A model generated the notes under the pieces. It made no database searches. It was not told the DNA's origin and was given only the letters and a program-made list of their open reading frames with translations. A program made the translations under genes and the position numbers. A DNA stretch of 33,657 nt. Source: Macrostomum lignano (Eukaryota). The stretch spans positions 1-33,657 of the forward strand of contig NIVC01001963.1 of the NCBI GenBank assembly GCA_002269645.1. The letters are read 5' to 3'. Position 1 is the first letter of the stretch. Each line of letters opens with the position of its first letter. This document shows, in pieces, positions 11,720-24,180 of the stretch.

Positions 11720-12127
11720 ATGGACTCAGCATTTGTCGCCGGCCTCTCGAAGCTGCGCTTCGACTCGACTCGCTATCGACGCGACGACGACTTCTCCGAC
11801 CGGCTGTCGCACACGTTCAGCACGGTGATCATTGTCGCCTTCTCGTTGGTGATCTCCTGCCGGCAGTACATCGGCAAGCCAATCGCCTGCTGGGTGCCGA
11901 CCGAGTTCACCAGGGCACAGGAAGAGTACGCCGAGAATGTGTGCTGGGTGACCCGGACCTACTATGTGAGCACAACTGAGCAGAATGTGCCCCACCGGGA
12001 GCCGGAGCGGTACCAGACCATGATCAGTTATTACCAATGGGTGCCGCTGGTTCTGCTGATTCAAGCGCTTCTGTTTAACCTGCCTTGTCTCGTGTGGCGC
12101 CTCTTCAACTGGCAGTCGGGAATTCAA
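11720..12127 (+). CDS. inx: Innexin (gap junction protein), coding exon 1
   Basis: MDSAF...DDDFSDRLS...QYIGKPIACWVP..F....EEYAENVCW...TYY...YYQWVP..L..QALLF..P...WR are innexin hallmark motifs. The phase-0 donor CAA|GTGAGA is at 12128. An in-frame upstream extension to 11612 has no ATG. Confidence 0.95.
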
Positions 12128-12238
12128 GTGAGATTTAAACAGATTTTTTTTGTAAATATAACCCGTGGAACACGCAAAACGTTTTGCCGACTTCTATTGT
12201 TATCTTTAGAACATACGTAAAAAAAGATATATTTGGTC

Positions 12239-13305
<1,067 letters not shown>

Positions 13306-14128
13306 CTACCCAACAAACAGCAATTGTAACAGAAGTTCTTCTCTGATTATTCACTTAGCACGCATGCCAAGCGTGAATCCCAAACAGCTTCTCTAACTCT
13401 ATTTATTTGCACTTTTACCTCGCCGAGGCCTCGTCAATAGCCCTCATTGTCTCAACAGATGCCGTTGGATCAGGGAAAAAAATCAGATTCAATGTGACAG
13501 ATAAATCACAATTTTTTTCAACCGCAAGCACTTTATAAAAAGTTCTTCTGTTTGATCTCGTGTCGGCCGAAAGTCAGAACAGCTACGGTCAGACTGATGC
13601 GGAGGGTCCAAACTGTATAAACAAATACTTGTCCCAGCAGCCCAGGCCAATTATGCACATGATTATCAGTTACAGGAAATTCAGCTATCATTTATCGAAG
13701 GTTTTTTTGACGCAACTGAACTGAATTCTAACGTAGCGTTCGTTCTGATAACGTAAAGAACCGGATATTGCTACAAATTCTGCTTCTAGCACAGCTGCTT
13801 TAGCTGCGGCCAATGCTGCAAGTTAAAGAAGTAGGCACAGTCGGTGTAGCAAATTTTTAATCTAAAATTTATCCGGGACAGCTGCAGCGATAAATACATT
13901 TTTAATCGAACAGTCTGAAGGATAACTTAAAATTAGGAGAGTTATATTGTGTAAAATTCGATCTCTTTAAACACTGAATCTATTCAGTCAATAAGGAGTT
14001 AACGTTGATCTTAAGCCTTTAGTCCAGTTGGCATGTTGGTTCTGGTAGGTTACCACCACAACCAAGATGCCAGCCTTCAGGCTTTCAAGCCTACCAACTA
14101 TCAACTACCCCGACTCCTTCACCACCAG

Positions 14129-15072
14129 CTATCGAGCATCATGGAGGTGGCCAGCGACGTCGAGCTGATCAAAGACCCGCTGAGCAGGCAGGCTAGCGTT
14201 CGCTACGTGGCAAAGTACATCGAGGACTCGCTCGGAGCGCAGCGCGAGTACAGGGCTGGCTGCCTAACAAAGTGCAAGCACTGCATAGCCAGGAATTTCC
14301 TATTTATTTGGTTCGGCAAACGGTATGGCAACTTCCTTGTGTGCCTGTACCTCATCTGCAAGGTGCTGTACATCGGCAATGTGATTGGCCAGTTCTTCTT
14401 GATGAACAAGTACCTGGGCACCAACTACACCTTCTATGGCATCGAACTGCTGCGTGATCTCGCAGAAGGCCACGAATGGGAGGAGAGTGGCAATTTCCCC
14501 GCGTGACCCTGTGCGACTTTCAGGTGCGCAAAATGGGCGGCAACATTCACAGGCACACGGTGCAGTGCGTGCTGCCAATCAACATGTTCAACGAGAAGAT
14601 TTACATCTTCCTGTGGTTCTGGTTGATCCTCGTGGCAGTTGTCGCCATCAGCAGCTTCTCATTCTGGATTTACAAGTCCGCATTCCGGTCGAATCGGACT
14701 CATTTCGTTCGCAAGTTTCTCAAGCTGCGCAGCGTCCTGGAGGCGGGCGACAAGAAGCGCAGCTTTCAGTTCGTAGACGACTATCTCCGGCCCGACGGGG
14801 TGTTCATCCTGCGACTGGTGGCGCAGAACGCCGGCGAGCTGGTGGCCTCGGAAGTGGCCGAGGCGCTGTGGCACTGCTACCGCTACCGGCCGGGGCACCA
14901 CATGAACGACGGCAATCGCGGCGGCGGCGGCGGAGTCGGCGGTATCGGCGGCATTGTCGCCGACTCGGACAGCAAAAAGGCGACAAAGCGGAAAGGCGGG
15001 CAGCCGCAGCAGCAGCAGCAGCAGCAGCAGCCGCTGAACGGCCTGGACGACGATCCCGGAGAATTTGTTTAA
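14129..15072 (+). CDS. inx: Innexin, coding exon 2 (one apparent 1-nt deletion at the C run 14497-14500); spliced product ~450 aa
   Basis: Acceptor CACCAG|CTA at 14128 is phase 0 and joins SGIQ to LSSI. Motifs GNFLVCLYLICKVLY, FPRVTLCDF, HTVQCVLPINMFNEKIYIFLWFW and YLRPDGVFILR are present. FP|RVT needs one extra C. Stop TAA ends at 15072. Confidence 0.93.
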
Positions 15073-17084
15073 AACGTCTCGAGCTTCGATCACGTGACAG
15101 TTTATGATAGCGTACCCCTCGCACTGTGCAGCATAATGAATTTTAAAGCTCTTAAAAGGTTAGCAAATGCTGATTTTAATCAATAGCAATGCCATTGATT
15201 GCGAATTTTTTAACTTTGACATTTACATTACCTACAGCTCTTCTGTTGATTGATTCGTTGACAAAAAAGCAAAAGACTTAATTTTAGACTTAATAATACA
15301 ATATGAGCAATAAGTGAAAAGTTGAGGTTAAAATTAGTTTTTGAAAAGTATAAAGCTGTTGTAGCTTTGGATTATTAATCGAAAGATACTAGAAGTAGAT
15401 TTATTTTATTATTCGTTGAATTTATATGGATAATATACGTAGTTTAAGTAAATTAGTAGATAATCTATTTAATTCAGTAATTCTTGTTCACTAATACACA
15501 ATTTTGTATTTCACATGAATTTTTGACAAAAGCTTTGCTATAATTGTGATTTCTGATCGATCTAATTCAACTACTTAATTAATGAACTCAGAAATGAGAT
15601 CGAATGATTATTTTTTGCATGCAATATTTATGTATAATATAATTAATTTACTTTCCAATTCATTTAAATTTCTCTCTCTCGCCTTCACTGGATAATACAG
15701 TACGCAACTCTTAAAGTACATGCACAAACCATAATAATGCTGGTATCGTCACATATGTGAACAATCATATTTGCCACTTATTATGACTTCCCTTTGTTAG
15801 ATGATGTGTACACGTTAAAGTAAAATTTTTTATTAAGGGAAATAATTACTTGCTTAAACAATTGAATGGTGCCTAATGAATATGAAAAAATTAATATGAC
15901 TGTGAATAATACCCGATCGTTAGCTAAATAATAGATAGCTAGCTATAGGTTCTTTTATGCTTGTAAAACAGATTTTGTTTTAATGGTTGCATCAACTCTT
16001 GTTAACTGCACGATGTGACTGGTTCAGTGTGAGCTACTTATATTGTGATTTGTTGTGAATAGATTTCGATATCAAAAGAAAATTTTTGGCTTGAGAACTG
16101 TTTCTCATATAAAATACAAGTATTTTGACATGATTATTCTGCGAGAGTTTCTGTAGCGATCAAATATTTTTCGCTTTCTTAAAAGGATGTATCCGTAAAG
16201 TAAATAAAAACTGTTTAGATTTATTGTCTCTCATGTATTATAACAAATTGTGTTTCTCTTGTTTGATTCTTTTACTGGTAAATTCTGGTTTTCTCACTAG
16301 CTTACTATCAGTGAGGCGCAGTGCTTGATTGGCGGTGTATGGAATGTACCAGCAATCATAGCTAGAAGAAAAATCCGACCTTCTGGCAGAATCGTTGAAT
16401 ATCATCAATCGGTTTAATTGCTGGGCTGCATGGCGAGTTTGTATTTTTGTGAAGCGTTTGTCGCTCATTTGTAGATTTGACTAAACGCTGTTCGCGTTTC
16501 ACAAGACTTCACACTTCACTGCACTTCACAAGACACTGACATGTACATGTACTGTATAACCTTGATTCGCTTATGCAATGTGATCTGCGCTCGCCTATCC
16601 AAGCGTTGAATTATAAGCTCGAAAACGATTGCGTCAATAGAGGAGCAGAGCTCTCGCGAAATTCTCTTGGTCGAATTCTGATCACATTGGGTAAACAGCT
16701 GTGCGAAATGTAGTAAGATGATTAAAACTAGACAGCAATTTCAGAGCAGTTGTGAATCACCAAAAACCTCCCCCCCCGTTGACGGCAGATGACAGATCGA
16801 TCGGTGAGTCAACAACATTGTGCAGAGTACAGTGGTGGATTCGGCAAAATTCGACAAACTTTCGATTGCCCGGAATGCATGAGTTAAAACCAGCTCAAAA
16901 CAAATTCGGTATTTGGTCCAAACGTGGCCGTCTCTTAGCTCCATATTAGGGAACGAGACGGCTTGGGGAAGTTACGAATTAGGCAGAAATTGCAGCATTT
17001 TCGCCAATTTCCTGTAGATAAATTGCCACTGCAGCGATTATAAAAGCGCTTTTAAAACGGCAAAATTTAACTTGAAGCTTTAAA

Positions 17085-18380
17085 ATGATTTTCACTGCAG
17101 TAGCGGCATTGCTGCTAGCGAGTACACACACCAGTGCTCAAGCGCAGGCGACCTGCGATTTCACGGACTCATCGTGTTGCCAGGACTCTAAATGCGAGTT
17201 CTATGGCGACTGCTGCCACCGTTCATTAAAGCCAAGGTCCCCCCTGCTGCACTGCCACTCGCTGGTACTGTTGGCAAACGACTCGCTCGCGCAAGATGAC
17301 CAACTAAGCCACTCGCACTACTGGATCGTGGCTCGATGCCCAAAGTCCAGCAGTCAATCAGAGCAGCAGCGATGCACCAAGTTTCAGGAAGGACCGCTCG
17401 ACCCAGACTCCCTACCAGTGTGGGGCGCCTCGGGTCGATTGTACCAAAACAGCCACTGCCTGCGTTGTAATGGGGACGAGCCAGACGAAATTGTGTCCCA
17501 AATACAAGTCAGCAAAAATCCCGCTTGCAACTTGGAGAGCATCCGCTCCAGCTACTCACCGGCCGGGCTAGTCCTACCTGTTGGCTGTTGGGTTCACCAC
17601 TACTTGCACAGCCGCCAGAGCCGATGGTCGCTCAGGCCCTGCCCACTGATAGACTCATGCCCCATTGGCAGCGAGGCCAATGTCACCACGGAGTGCCGGC
17701 TAGGTCCCGCGGAATGGACACGGTTCAGAAATTGGTCCAACTGCTACGCTCGCAATGCCGCCTGCAGCTGGTGCAATTCAAATGCCACAACAAAATGTGA
17801 TCACAAGCGCTCGTTGCCAGGCGTCGTGATGCAAAACCTCGATCCAATCGATTTCATCATCAATTTCCGTCTGGACTATTTTTCTCAAATTTCCAACGAA
17901 TCGGTGAGGAATTACACGACACAGGAGACAAATCCGTGGCTATTGAACATGCAGGCTTCGCTGTTAGCAGCCTCCGACGCAGGTCTGGTTTGCCTGCTGG
18001 CTACCTACGCGTCGTTTGCCACTCTGCGCAACCGGGCGGGTCTGCTTCTCATGTCGCATGGAGTGGCTCTGCTGCTGGTGAACACCGTCTGTTTAATGTG
18101 GCTCATCTGGCCCGAGAACACAGGCTCTAACACGAGTTGGCCTCTGCTTCCGCCTCTGCTAGTCTTCTGCTTCAACTCGGCATTCGCCTGGGCGGCTCTG
18201 TTCGGCGTGGATCTGCTGCGCACATTGCGGGCCTCCATGCGGCCTGCGAGCTCGCGCTCGCCGCATTATCTTCGATTCGCACTGCTGGGCTGGGGCGTCC
18301 CGGCTCTGCTGGCCGCGGCAGTGGCCGCCGCCCTGCAGTTTGGAGGTCAGCTGTCGGCTTTGGAATGGCGACTGCTCCAG
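17085..18380 (+). CDS. Somatomedin-B-like/Cys-rich ectodomain 7TM receptor (Methuselah-like/family B-related), exon 1
   Basis: Signal peptide, an SMB-like CD..SSCCQD..C..YGDCC motif, Cys-rich WIVARCP...PV...G.LY.N..C..C segment, then TM1-4 with LRNRAG, AFAW and LLGWGVP motifs. Phase-0 donor CAG|GTGCGT at 18381. Confidence 0.85.
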
Positions 18381-18505
18381 GTGCGTCTTTTGCCGCGATT
18401 TTAACTTTAATAACTTGTAGCTATTTGGATGTACATATACAAGCGGCCGTGACGATTCCCATTGTGAGGCATTTGAATCGAACCTTTACTCAAATATGCT
18501 TTTGA

Positions 18506-18774
18506 AGAGGTTTGTAGTCTAGTGGTTAGAGCGTCGGACTTACGACTGAAAGGTCGGGGGTTCGATCCCGATCCTACACGGAACAATTTGTGTCCCTGAG
18601 CAGGACACTAAACTCTGCATTGCTTCAGTTCACCCAGCTGTAAAATGGGTGCCAGCATTAGCTGGGGTAATTGAGGGTGCGTGTGGCGACCCCCCCTTCC
18701 CCAGTCCTTGGACTGAACAGCCGTACGCAGCCTTCAGATGCGCCGCGCAATAACTGCGGCTGAGCGGTCGATTG
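18506..18774 (+). mobile_element. tRNA-derived SINE, copy B (long 3' form), inside the receptor intron
   Basis: TAGTCTAGTGGTTAGAGC A-box, GGTTCGATCCC B-box, CORE-like block and 3' CAGTCCTTGGACTG hairpin. Confidence 0.92.
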
Positions 18775-18862
18775 TTTAGTTTAGCTATATTACTTTTGCT
18801 CAATACAGTGCGATTGCAAAGTCGCAATATAGCAATCTACTGTCCAATCCAACCCAACCAAG

Positions 18863-19429
18863 GCCTTTCTGGTGTTCACTCCCTGGCTGCTGACGCTCCT
18901 GTTCAACGGCTGCGTCCTGACGCTGCTCTGGCACCGCTTGCTTCGGCTGGCCCGCCAGACCGGCCGCGCCCTGCAGGGCCCAGAATCGGCCACGTCGGCT
19001 AGCGCGGCGTCGGACTCCGATCTGGTCCGACTGGCCGGAGCCACTGGCCGGGTGTCCGTCCTGCTGGGCCTGTGCTGGCTGCCCTTCTGCCTGGCCATCC
19101 TGACCGATCTCGGCCACGACTCGCCGCTGTACACGGCGGCCACCGTAGCTAGAAATCTTCACGGCCTCCTGCTGAGCGTCGCATTCGTTGGCAGCCGTCG
19201 AGTTCGTCGACAAGTGTCCCATCGAGCGTCGAGCCTCAGCTCTGCCATTAGTCGACGGTTGAGGCGTCCAACGACGCAGAGGCAGGACCGAGACGACCGG
19301 AAGCCAAGCATGCAGCCCCCGGAAGTGTCCAAATGCGACGATACAAAACGAAGGCGCTTCTTGGCTGTCCATCTGCGCTCGGAGCAGAGGCGAATCTCCG
19401 ATGCAAAGACCACGGAGATTTCTACGTGA
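18863..19429 (+). CDS. 7TM receptor, exon 2 (TM5-7 and C-tail); spliced product 620 aa
   Basis: Acceptor CCAAG|GCC at 18862 is phase 0. Reads AFLVFTPWLLTLLFNG (TM5), VSVLLGLCW (TM6) and LHGLLLSVAFV (TM7). Stop TGA ends at 19429. Confidence 0.85.
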   Translation, partial: AFLVFTPWLLTLLFNGCVLTLLWHRLLRLARQTGRALQGPESATSASAASDSDLVRLAGATGRVSVLLGLCWLPFCLAILTDLGHDSPLYTAATVARNLHGLLLSVAFVGSRRVRRQVSHRASSLSSAISRRLRRPTTQRQDRDDRKPSMQPPEVSKCDDTKRRRFLAVHLRSEQRRISDAKTTEIST

Positions 19430-19735
19430 CATTCTGATCCCCTTCCTGACGAAGACTCACTGCCGAATATCTCGTACAGACTACAATGAAAGTTATTTCG
19501 ATTGAGTCTTTAGCGTAATAATCTTAAAACTATTCGAAATCCAGCGGATAGTTTCCATTACATAAAGGCTACAAATAAAAGCTATCAAGAGGCTGTCACC
19601 AGTTGTTAGAATCCGTTGTTAAAGGCCTCCACGACGGTCTTAGGCATCTATTGAAATCCGGCGACTCATTAAGTGATCTATTTGTGCACGAATTCGAATA
19701 AGAATTGAGTCAATCCGATATATTCAAATAATAAA

Positions 19736-19997
19736 GAGGGTTGTAGCCTAGTGGTTAGAGCTCTCGGACTCATGACTGAAAGGTCGGGGGTTCGATTGTC
19801 GATTTGCTTGTAACAAGTTGTGTCCTTGAGCAAGACGCTTAAACTCTGCATTGCTTCAGTTCACCCAGCTATAAAATGGGTGCCAGCATTAGCTGGGGTA
19901 ATTGAGGCTGTGTGTGGCGACCCCCCAGTCCTTGGACTGAACAGCCGTACGCAGCCTTCAGATGCGCCGCGCAATAGCTGCGGCTGAGCTGTCGGTT
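19736..19997 (+). mobile_element. tRNA-derived SINE, copy C (long 3' form)
   Basis: TAGCCTAGTGGTTAGAGC A-box and GGTTCGATT B-box. Body nearly identical to copy B. Confidence 0.92.
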
Positions 19998-20324
19998 TCA
20001 TTAGGGCGGGTGTAATCAATTTTTTATTACTCTTGTTAAATAAAAACTTCGTAAAATTGACAATTTTTTATAGTTTTAACATGGATTACGCATTTTTAGT
20101 TACGGTATTCATAAATTTAAATTATAAATTAGTAATAAGGCGTTTAAATGCCTCTACCAACATAGCTCGTACTAAAAATTTAAAGAGTAAGTTACTAATA
20201 GTAGAGTGCTATGCAGTACTGTGGTAGTTTTCAACTTAGAATATTTTTTATCTTTCACTGTTTTTTTCAGAGTGAGTAAGAAGTTAGACCTAACTTCATT
20301 AAACTTCAATCATCACAAATGATT

Positions 20325-20533
20325 TCAGTTGGTTTTAGAGAATCCAATCAGGAGACCTCCAGCTCCGGGCATTTCGAACATTGAGCAGCTCAGCATCTCA
20401 GCATTGAAATGGACTCCTTTGCAGACATAAATTGAGCTCAGGCACTCTATCAAGCACTCCGAGGGACTGCGAGCCCAGAGCTTCTGGACTGGATGGATGT
20501 CTTTGGACGGGAGTCCTTGGTGAAGCTGATATA
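20325..20533 (-). CDS. Secreted CUB-CUB-PAN protein, last exon (PAN/apple domain)
   Basis: Acceptor TTGCAG|TA is phase 1 and matches the upstream donor. The frame, absent from the ORF track, reads YQLHQGLPSKDIHPVQKLWARSPSECLIECLSSIYVCKGVHFNAEMLSCSMFEMPGAGGLLIGFSKTN*. The S..C...C......C....FN.....C pattern is typical of PAN/apple domains. Confidence 0.7.
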
Positions 20534-20712
20534 CTGCAATTTTTTAGGTGAGTTAAATTGGTTGTGAGCCCCTGGCTTGAAATCGTCCTTCGGCGAAATC
20601 GTTCCTCAACATGCGGTGAGGCAAATCTACACAGTTGATTGACTCCTGAGTTATACTGTACACATGCTGTCAAGCACTCAGGCACATGCTCACACAGGGT
20701 GTACACAGCGGC

Positions 20713-20920
20713 ACTCACTCACTCACTGACTCACTGACTCACTCACTCACTGACTCACTCACTCACTGACTCACTCACTCACTCACTCACTCATTCACCC
20801 AGAGAAACACTCACTCACTCACTTACTCACTCACTCACTCACTCACTCACTCACTCACTCACTCACTCACTCACTCACTCACTCACTCACTCACTCACTC
20901 ACTCACTCACACACTCACTC
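20713..20920. repeat. (ACTC)n microsatellite
   Basis: Direct reading. Confidence 0.95.
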
Positions 20921-22038
20921 GAAGAAACACTCACTCATTCACCCGGAGAAACACTCACTCATTCATCCGGAGAAACACTCACTCATTCACCCGGAGAAAC
21001 ACTCACTCATTCACCCGGAGAAACACTCACTCATTCACCCGGAGAAACACTCACTCATTCACCCGGAGAAACACTCACTCATTCCCCCGGAGAAACACTC
21101 ACTCATTCACCCGGAGAAACACTCACTCATTCATCCGGAGAAACACTCACTCATTCACCCGGAGAAACACTCACTCATTCACCCGGAGAAACACTCACTC
21201 ATTCACCCGGAGAAACACTCACTCATTCACCCGGAGAAACACTCACTCATTCACCCGGAGAAACACTCACTCATTCACCCGAAGAAAGAGTCACTCATTC
21301 ACCCGGAGAAACACTCACTCATTCACCCGGAGAAACACTCACTCATTCACCCGGAGAAACACTCACTCATTCCCCCGGAGAAACACTCACTCATTCACCC
21401 GGAGAAACACTCACTCATTCACCCGGAGAAACACTCACTCATTCACCCGGAGAAACACTTACTCATTCACCCGGAGAAACACTCACTCATTCACCCGGAG
21501 AAACACTCACTCATTCACCCGGAGAAACACTCACTCATTCACCCGGAGAAACACTCACTCATTCACCCGGAGAAACACTCACTCATTCACCCGGAGAAAC
21601 ACTCACTCATTCACCCGGAGAAACACTCACTCATTCACCCGGAGAAACACTCACTCATTCACCCGGAGAAACACTCACTCATTCACCCGGAGAAACACTC
21701 ACTCATTCACCCGGAGAAACACTCACTCATTCACCCGGAGAAACACTCACTCATTCACCCGGAGAAACACTCACTCATTCACCCGGAGAAACACTCACTC
21801 ATTCACCCGAAGAAAGAGTCACTCATTCACCCGGAGAAACACTCACTCATTCACCCGGAGAAACACTCACTCATTCACCCGGAGAAACACTCACTCATTC
21901 ACCCGGAGAAACACTTACTCATTCACCCGGAGAAACACTCACTCATTCATCCGGAGAAACACTTACTCATTCACCCAGAGAAACACTCACTCATTCACCC
22001 GGAGAAACACTCACTCATTCACCCGGAGAAACACTCAC
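20921..22038. repeat. 24-bp tandem array GGAGAAACACTCACTCATTCACCC (~46 copies)
   Basis: Direct reading. The unit contains ACTC-derived subunits and abuts the exon 3 donor. Confidence 0.97.
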
Positions 22039-22430
22039 GGTGGCTCCTCCCTTCCAGTGCAGTCACGTAGAGTTTAAACTCAAATCCGTACCAAAGCCGA
22101 TTCCCGCAAGCTTTCAGTCGAATCTCCACCGCATTGGTTTCAACATCAATAGTTTCGTTATCAACAAGACGAATCAACTTGTCTGTCGAGTTGACAATCA
22201 GTGATACTCGACCCGGACAGACGTTCGAGTCCTGTTGAGTTAATTGCATTTTAAATACGAAGTTGAAGGGAACCGTGACTACGCAGCGACTTGGTTCTCC
22301 ACTGAGGTAGTGGCTGCAGTAGCGGTAGCCGAGCTGGCTAGTCAGAGACTGCTCAGCCGGCGATGGGGTAATCAGTATTGCCTGAGTGGCTGAGTACACT
22401 GCCATAGGAAATGGTATAGTTGCCAATACT
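22039..22430 (-). CDS. Secreted CUB-CUB-PAN protein, exon 3 (end of CUB1 and divergent CUB2); upstream (acceptor) boundary approximate
   Basis: Reads PFPMAVYSATQAILIT, then YCSHYLSGEPSRCVVTVPFNFVFKMQL...C...VETNAVEIRLK...YGFEFKLYV, a CUB-like cysteine/beta-strand pattern. Phase-1 donor CAC C|GTGAGT at 22038. Confidence 0.6.
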
Positions 22431-22434
22431 CTTA

Positions 22435-22760
22435 TTCCAGGTAACCCTGATTCCAGGTAACCCTGATTCCAGGTAACCCTGATTCCAGGTAACCCTGATT
22501 CCAGGTAACCCTGATTCCAGGTAACCCTGATTCCAGGTAACCCTGATTCCAGGTAACCCTGATTCCAGGTAACCCTGATTCCAGGTAACCCTGATTCCAG
22601 GTAACCCTGATTCCAGGTAACCCTGATTCCAGGTAACCCTGATTCCAGGTAACCCTGATTCCAGGTAACCCTGATTCCAGGTAACCCTGATTCCAGGTAA
22701 CCCTGATTCCAGGTAACCCTGATTCCAGGTAACCCTGATTCCAGGTAACCCTGATTCCAG
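22435..22760. repeat. 16-bp tandem array CCAGGTAACCCTGATT (~20 copies)
   Basis: Direct reading. Each unit has a CAGG/CCTG mini-hairpin. Confidence 0.97.
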
Positions 22761-22763
22761 GGT

Positions 22764-22817
<54 letters not shown>

Positions 22818-22906
22818 GCTAACTAACTAACTAACTAACTAACTAGCTAACTAACTAACTAGCTAACTAACTAGCTAACTAACTCACTAACTAGCTAACT
22901 AACTAG

Positions 22907-22941
<35 letters not shown>

Positions 22942-22962
22942 GCTAACTAACTCACTAACTAG

Positions 22963-23021
<59 letters not shown>

Positions 23022-23070
23022 GCTAACTAACTCACTAACTAGCTAACTAACTAACTAACTAACTAACTAA
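22764..23070. repeat. (TAAC)n microsatellite, read as (GTTA)n on the CUB gene's sense strand
   Basis: Direct reading. Confidence 0.97.
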
Positions 23071-23092
23071 CCCACTGAGCAACGCAACTCAC

Positions 23093-23343
23093 AATCCATC
23101 CTGACATCATTTCAGCAACCCTACAATTGGATCCCTAATCATAGCCGTGCTCAATGCGCAGGTACTGAACAGACACGGATAGGTAATGGTTCGGCTCGGC
23201 AACCAGAGTCCAACTGCAGTTCACGTTGTTGGCGTAGGTGCACCTGGCATTGCTGCACAAGTTCAGGTAGTCTGTATGGCTTCTCAAATAGCGGCGCTGG
23301 TACCAGGTAGTTGGAGCGGTCAGAGTCTGGTGTCCTGAGCAGT
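23093..23343 (-). CDS. Secreted CUB-CUB-PAN protein, exon 2 (CUB1), interrupted by in-frame TAG at 23137-23135; donor uncertain (23124 or 23092)
   Basis: Acceptor CTGCAG|AC is phase 1 and matches exon 1. Reads CSGHQTLTAP...YANNVNCSWTLVAEPNHYLSVSVQYLRIEHGYD, a classic CUB pattern (Y.NN..C.W.I.A.P...L......E..YD). Confidence 0.65.
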
Positions 23344-23389
23344 CTGCAGGTTGCGGTGTGGCGAGCGAGAGAGCGGCAGAGTCCCAAAT

Positions 23390-23995
23390 TTTCATACAGC
23401 TTCCATACTCTACAAACAGCTTCCATACTTTACGAACAGCTTCCATACATGTACTCAGCTTCGAAACAGCTTCCTTTATCTCCAAACAGCTTCCACAATC
23501 ACAAACAGCTTCCACAATGTCCAAATAGCTTTCATAATCTCTAAACAGCTTCCACAATCTCAAATAGCTTCCATTATCCCCTAACAGCTTCCATAATCTC
23601 TAAACAGCTTCCATAATCACTAAACAGCTTCCACAATCTCCAAACAGCTTCCATAATCTCAAAAAGGTTACAAAATCTCCAAACAGCTTCCATAATTTAC
23701 GAACAGCTTCCATACTCAACAAACAGCTTCCATAATTTACGAACAGCTTCCATACTCAACAAACAGCTTCCATAATTTACGAACAGCTTCCATACTCAAC
23801 AAACAGCTTCCAATCTCCCAATGCTTCCAAAATCCAAATAGCTTCCGCAATCCACAAAAAGCTTCCACAAGCTCCAAATAGCTTTCATAATTTCTCAATA
23901 GCTTCCACAAGCTCCAAATAGCTTTCATAATTTCTCAATAGCTTCCACAAGCTCCAAATAGCTTTCATAATTTCTCAATAGCTTCCATTAATCTC
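23390..23995. repeat. Degenerate ~20-bp minisatellite (AAACAGCTTCCATAATCTC-like) in intron 1 of the CUB gene
   Basis: Recurrent AGCTTCCA core at ~20-bp spacing. Confidence 0.9.
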
Positions 23996-24180
23996 CAATA
24001 CAATATACATGTAGTTTCATAAATCCCCACTTATAGTTTTCCTGCTGAAAACCCCTGAATATTACAAGAATCAATTTCAATAAGCCTCTGAAACTCTCCA
24101 CTAGTACCGTGGCTTCCCTAACCCCCATAAGCTCGCTGTTGCATGTATATTGCTAGTGTTTCGTACACTGCAAAACTTAC

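Noticed and set aside
18690-18770. Possible hammerhead ribozyme in the SINE 3' region (by analogy with Schistosoma Sm-alpha)
   Set aside because: No CUGANGA plus GAAA core with three stems on either strand. CTGAAGG and CTGAACA are only partial matches.
18137-19432. Overlapping ORFs across the receptor and SINE copy B
   Set aside because: Shadow frames of GC-rich exons or SINE sequence, with no recognisable motifs.
20398-20718. 106-aa minus-strand ORF from the ORF track
   Set aside because: Wrong frame. The cysteine-patterned PAN exon lies in a different frame that starts at the acceptor 20533.
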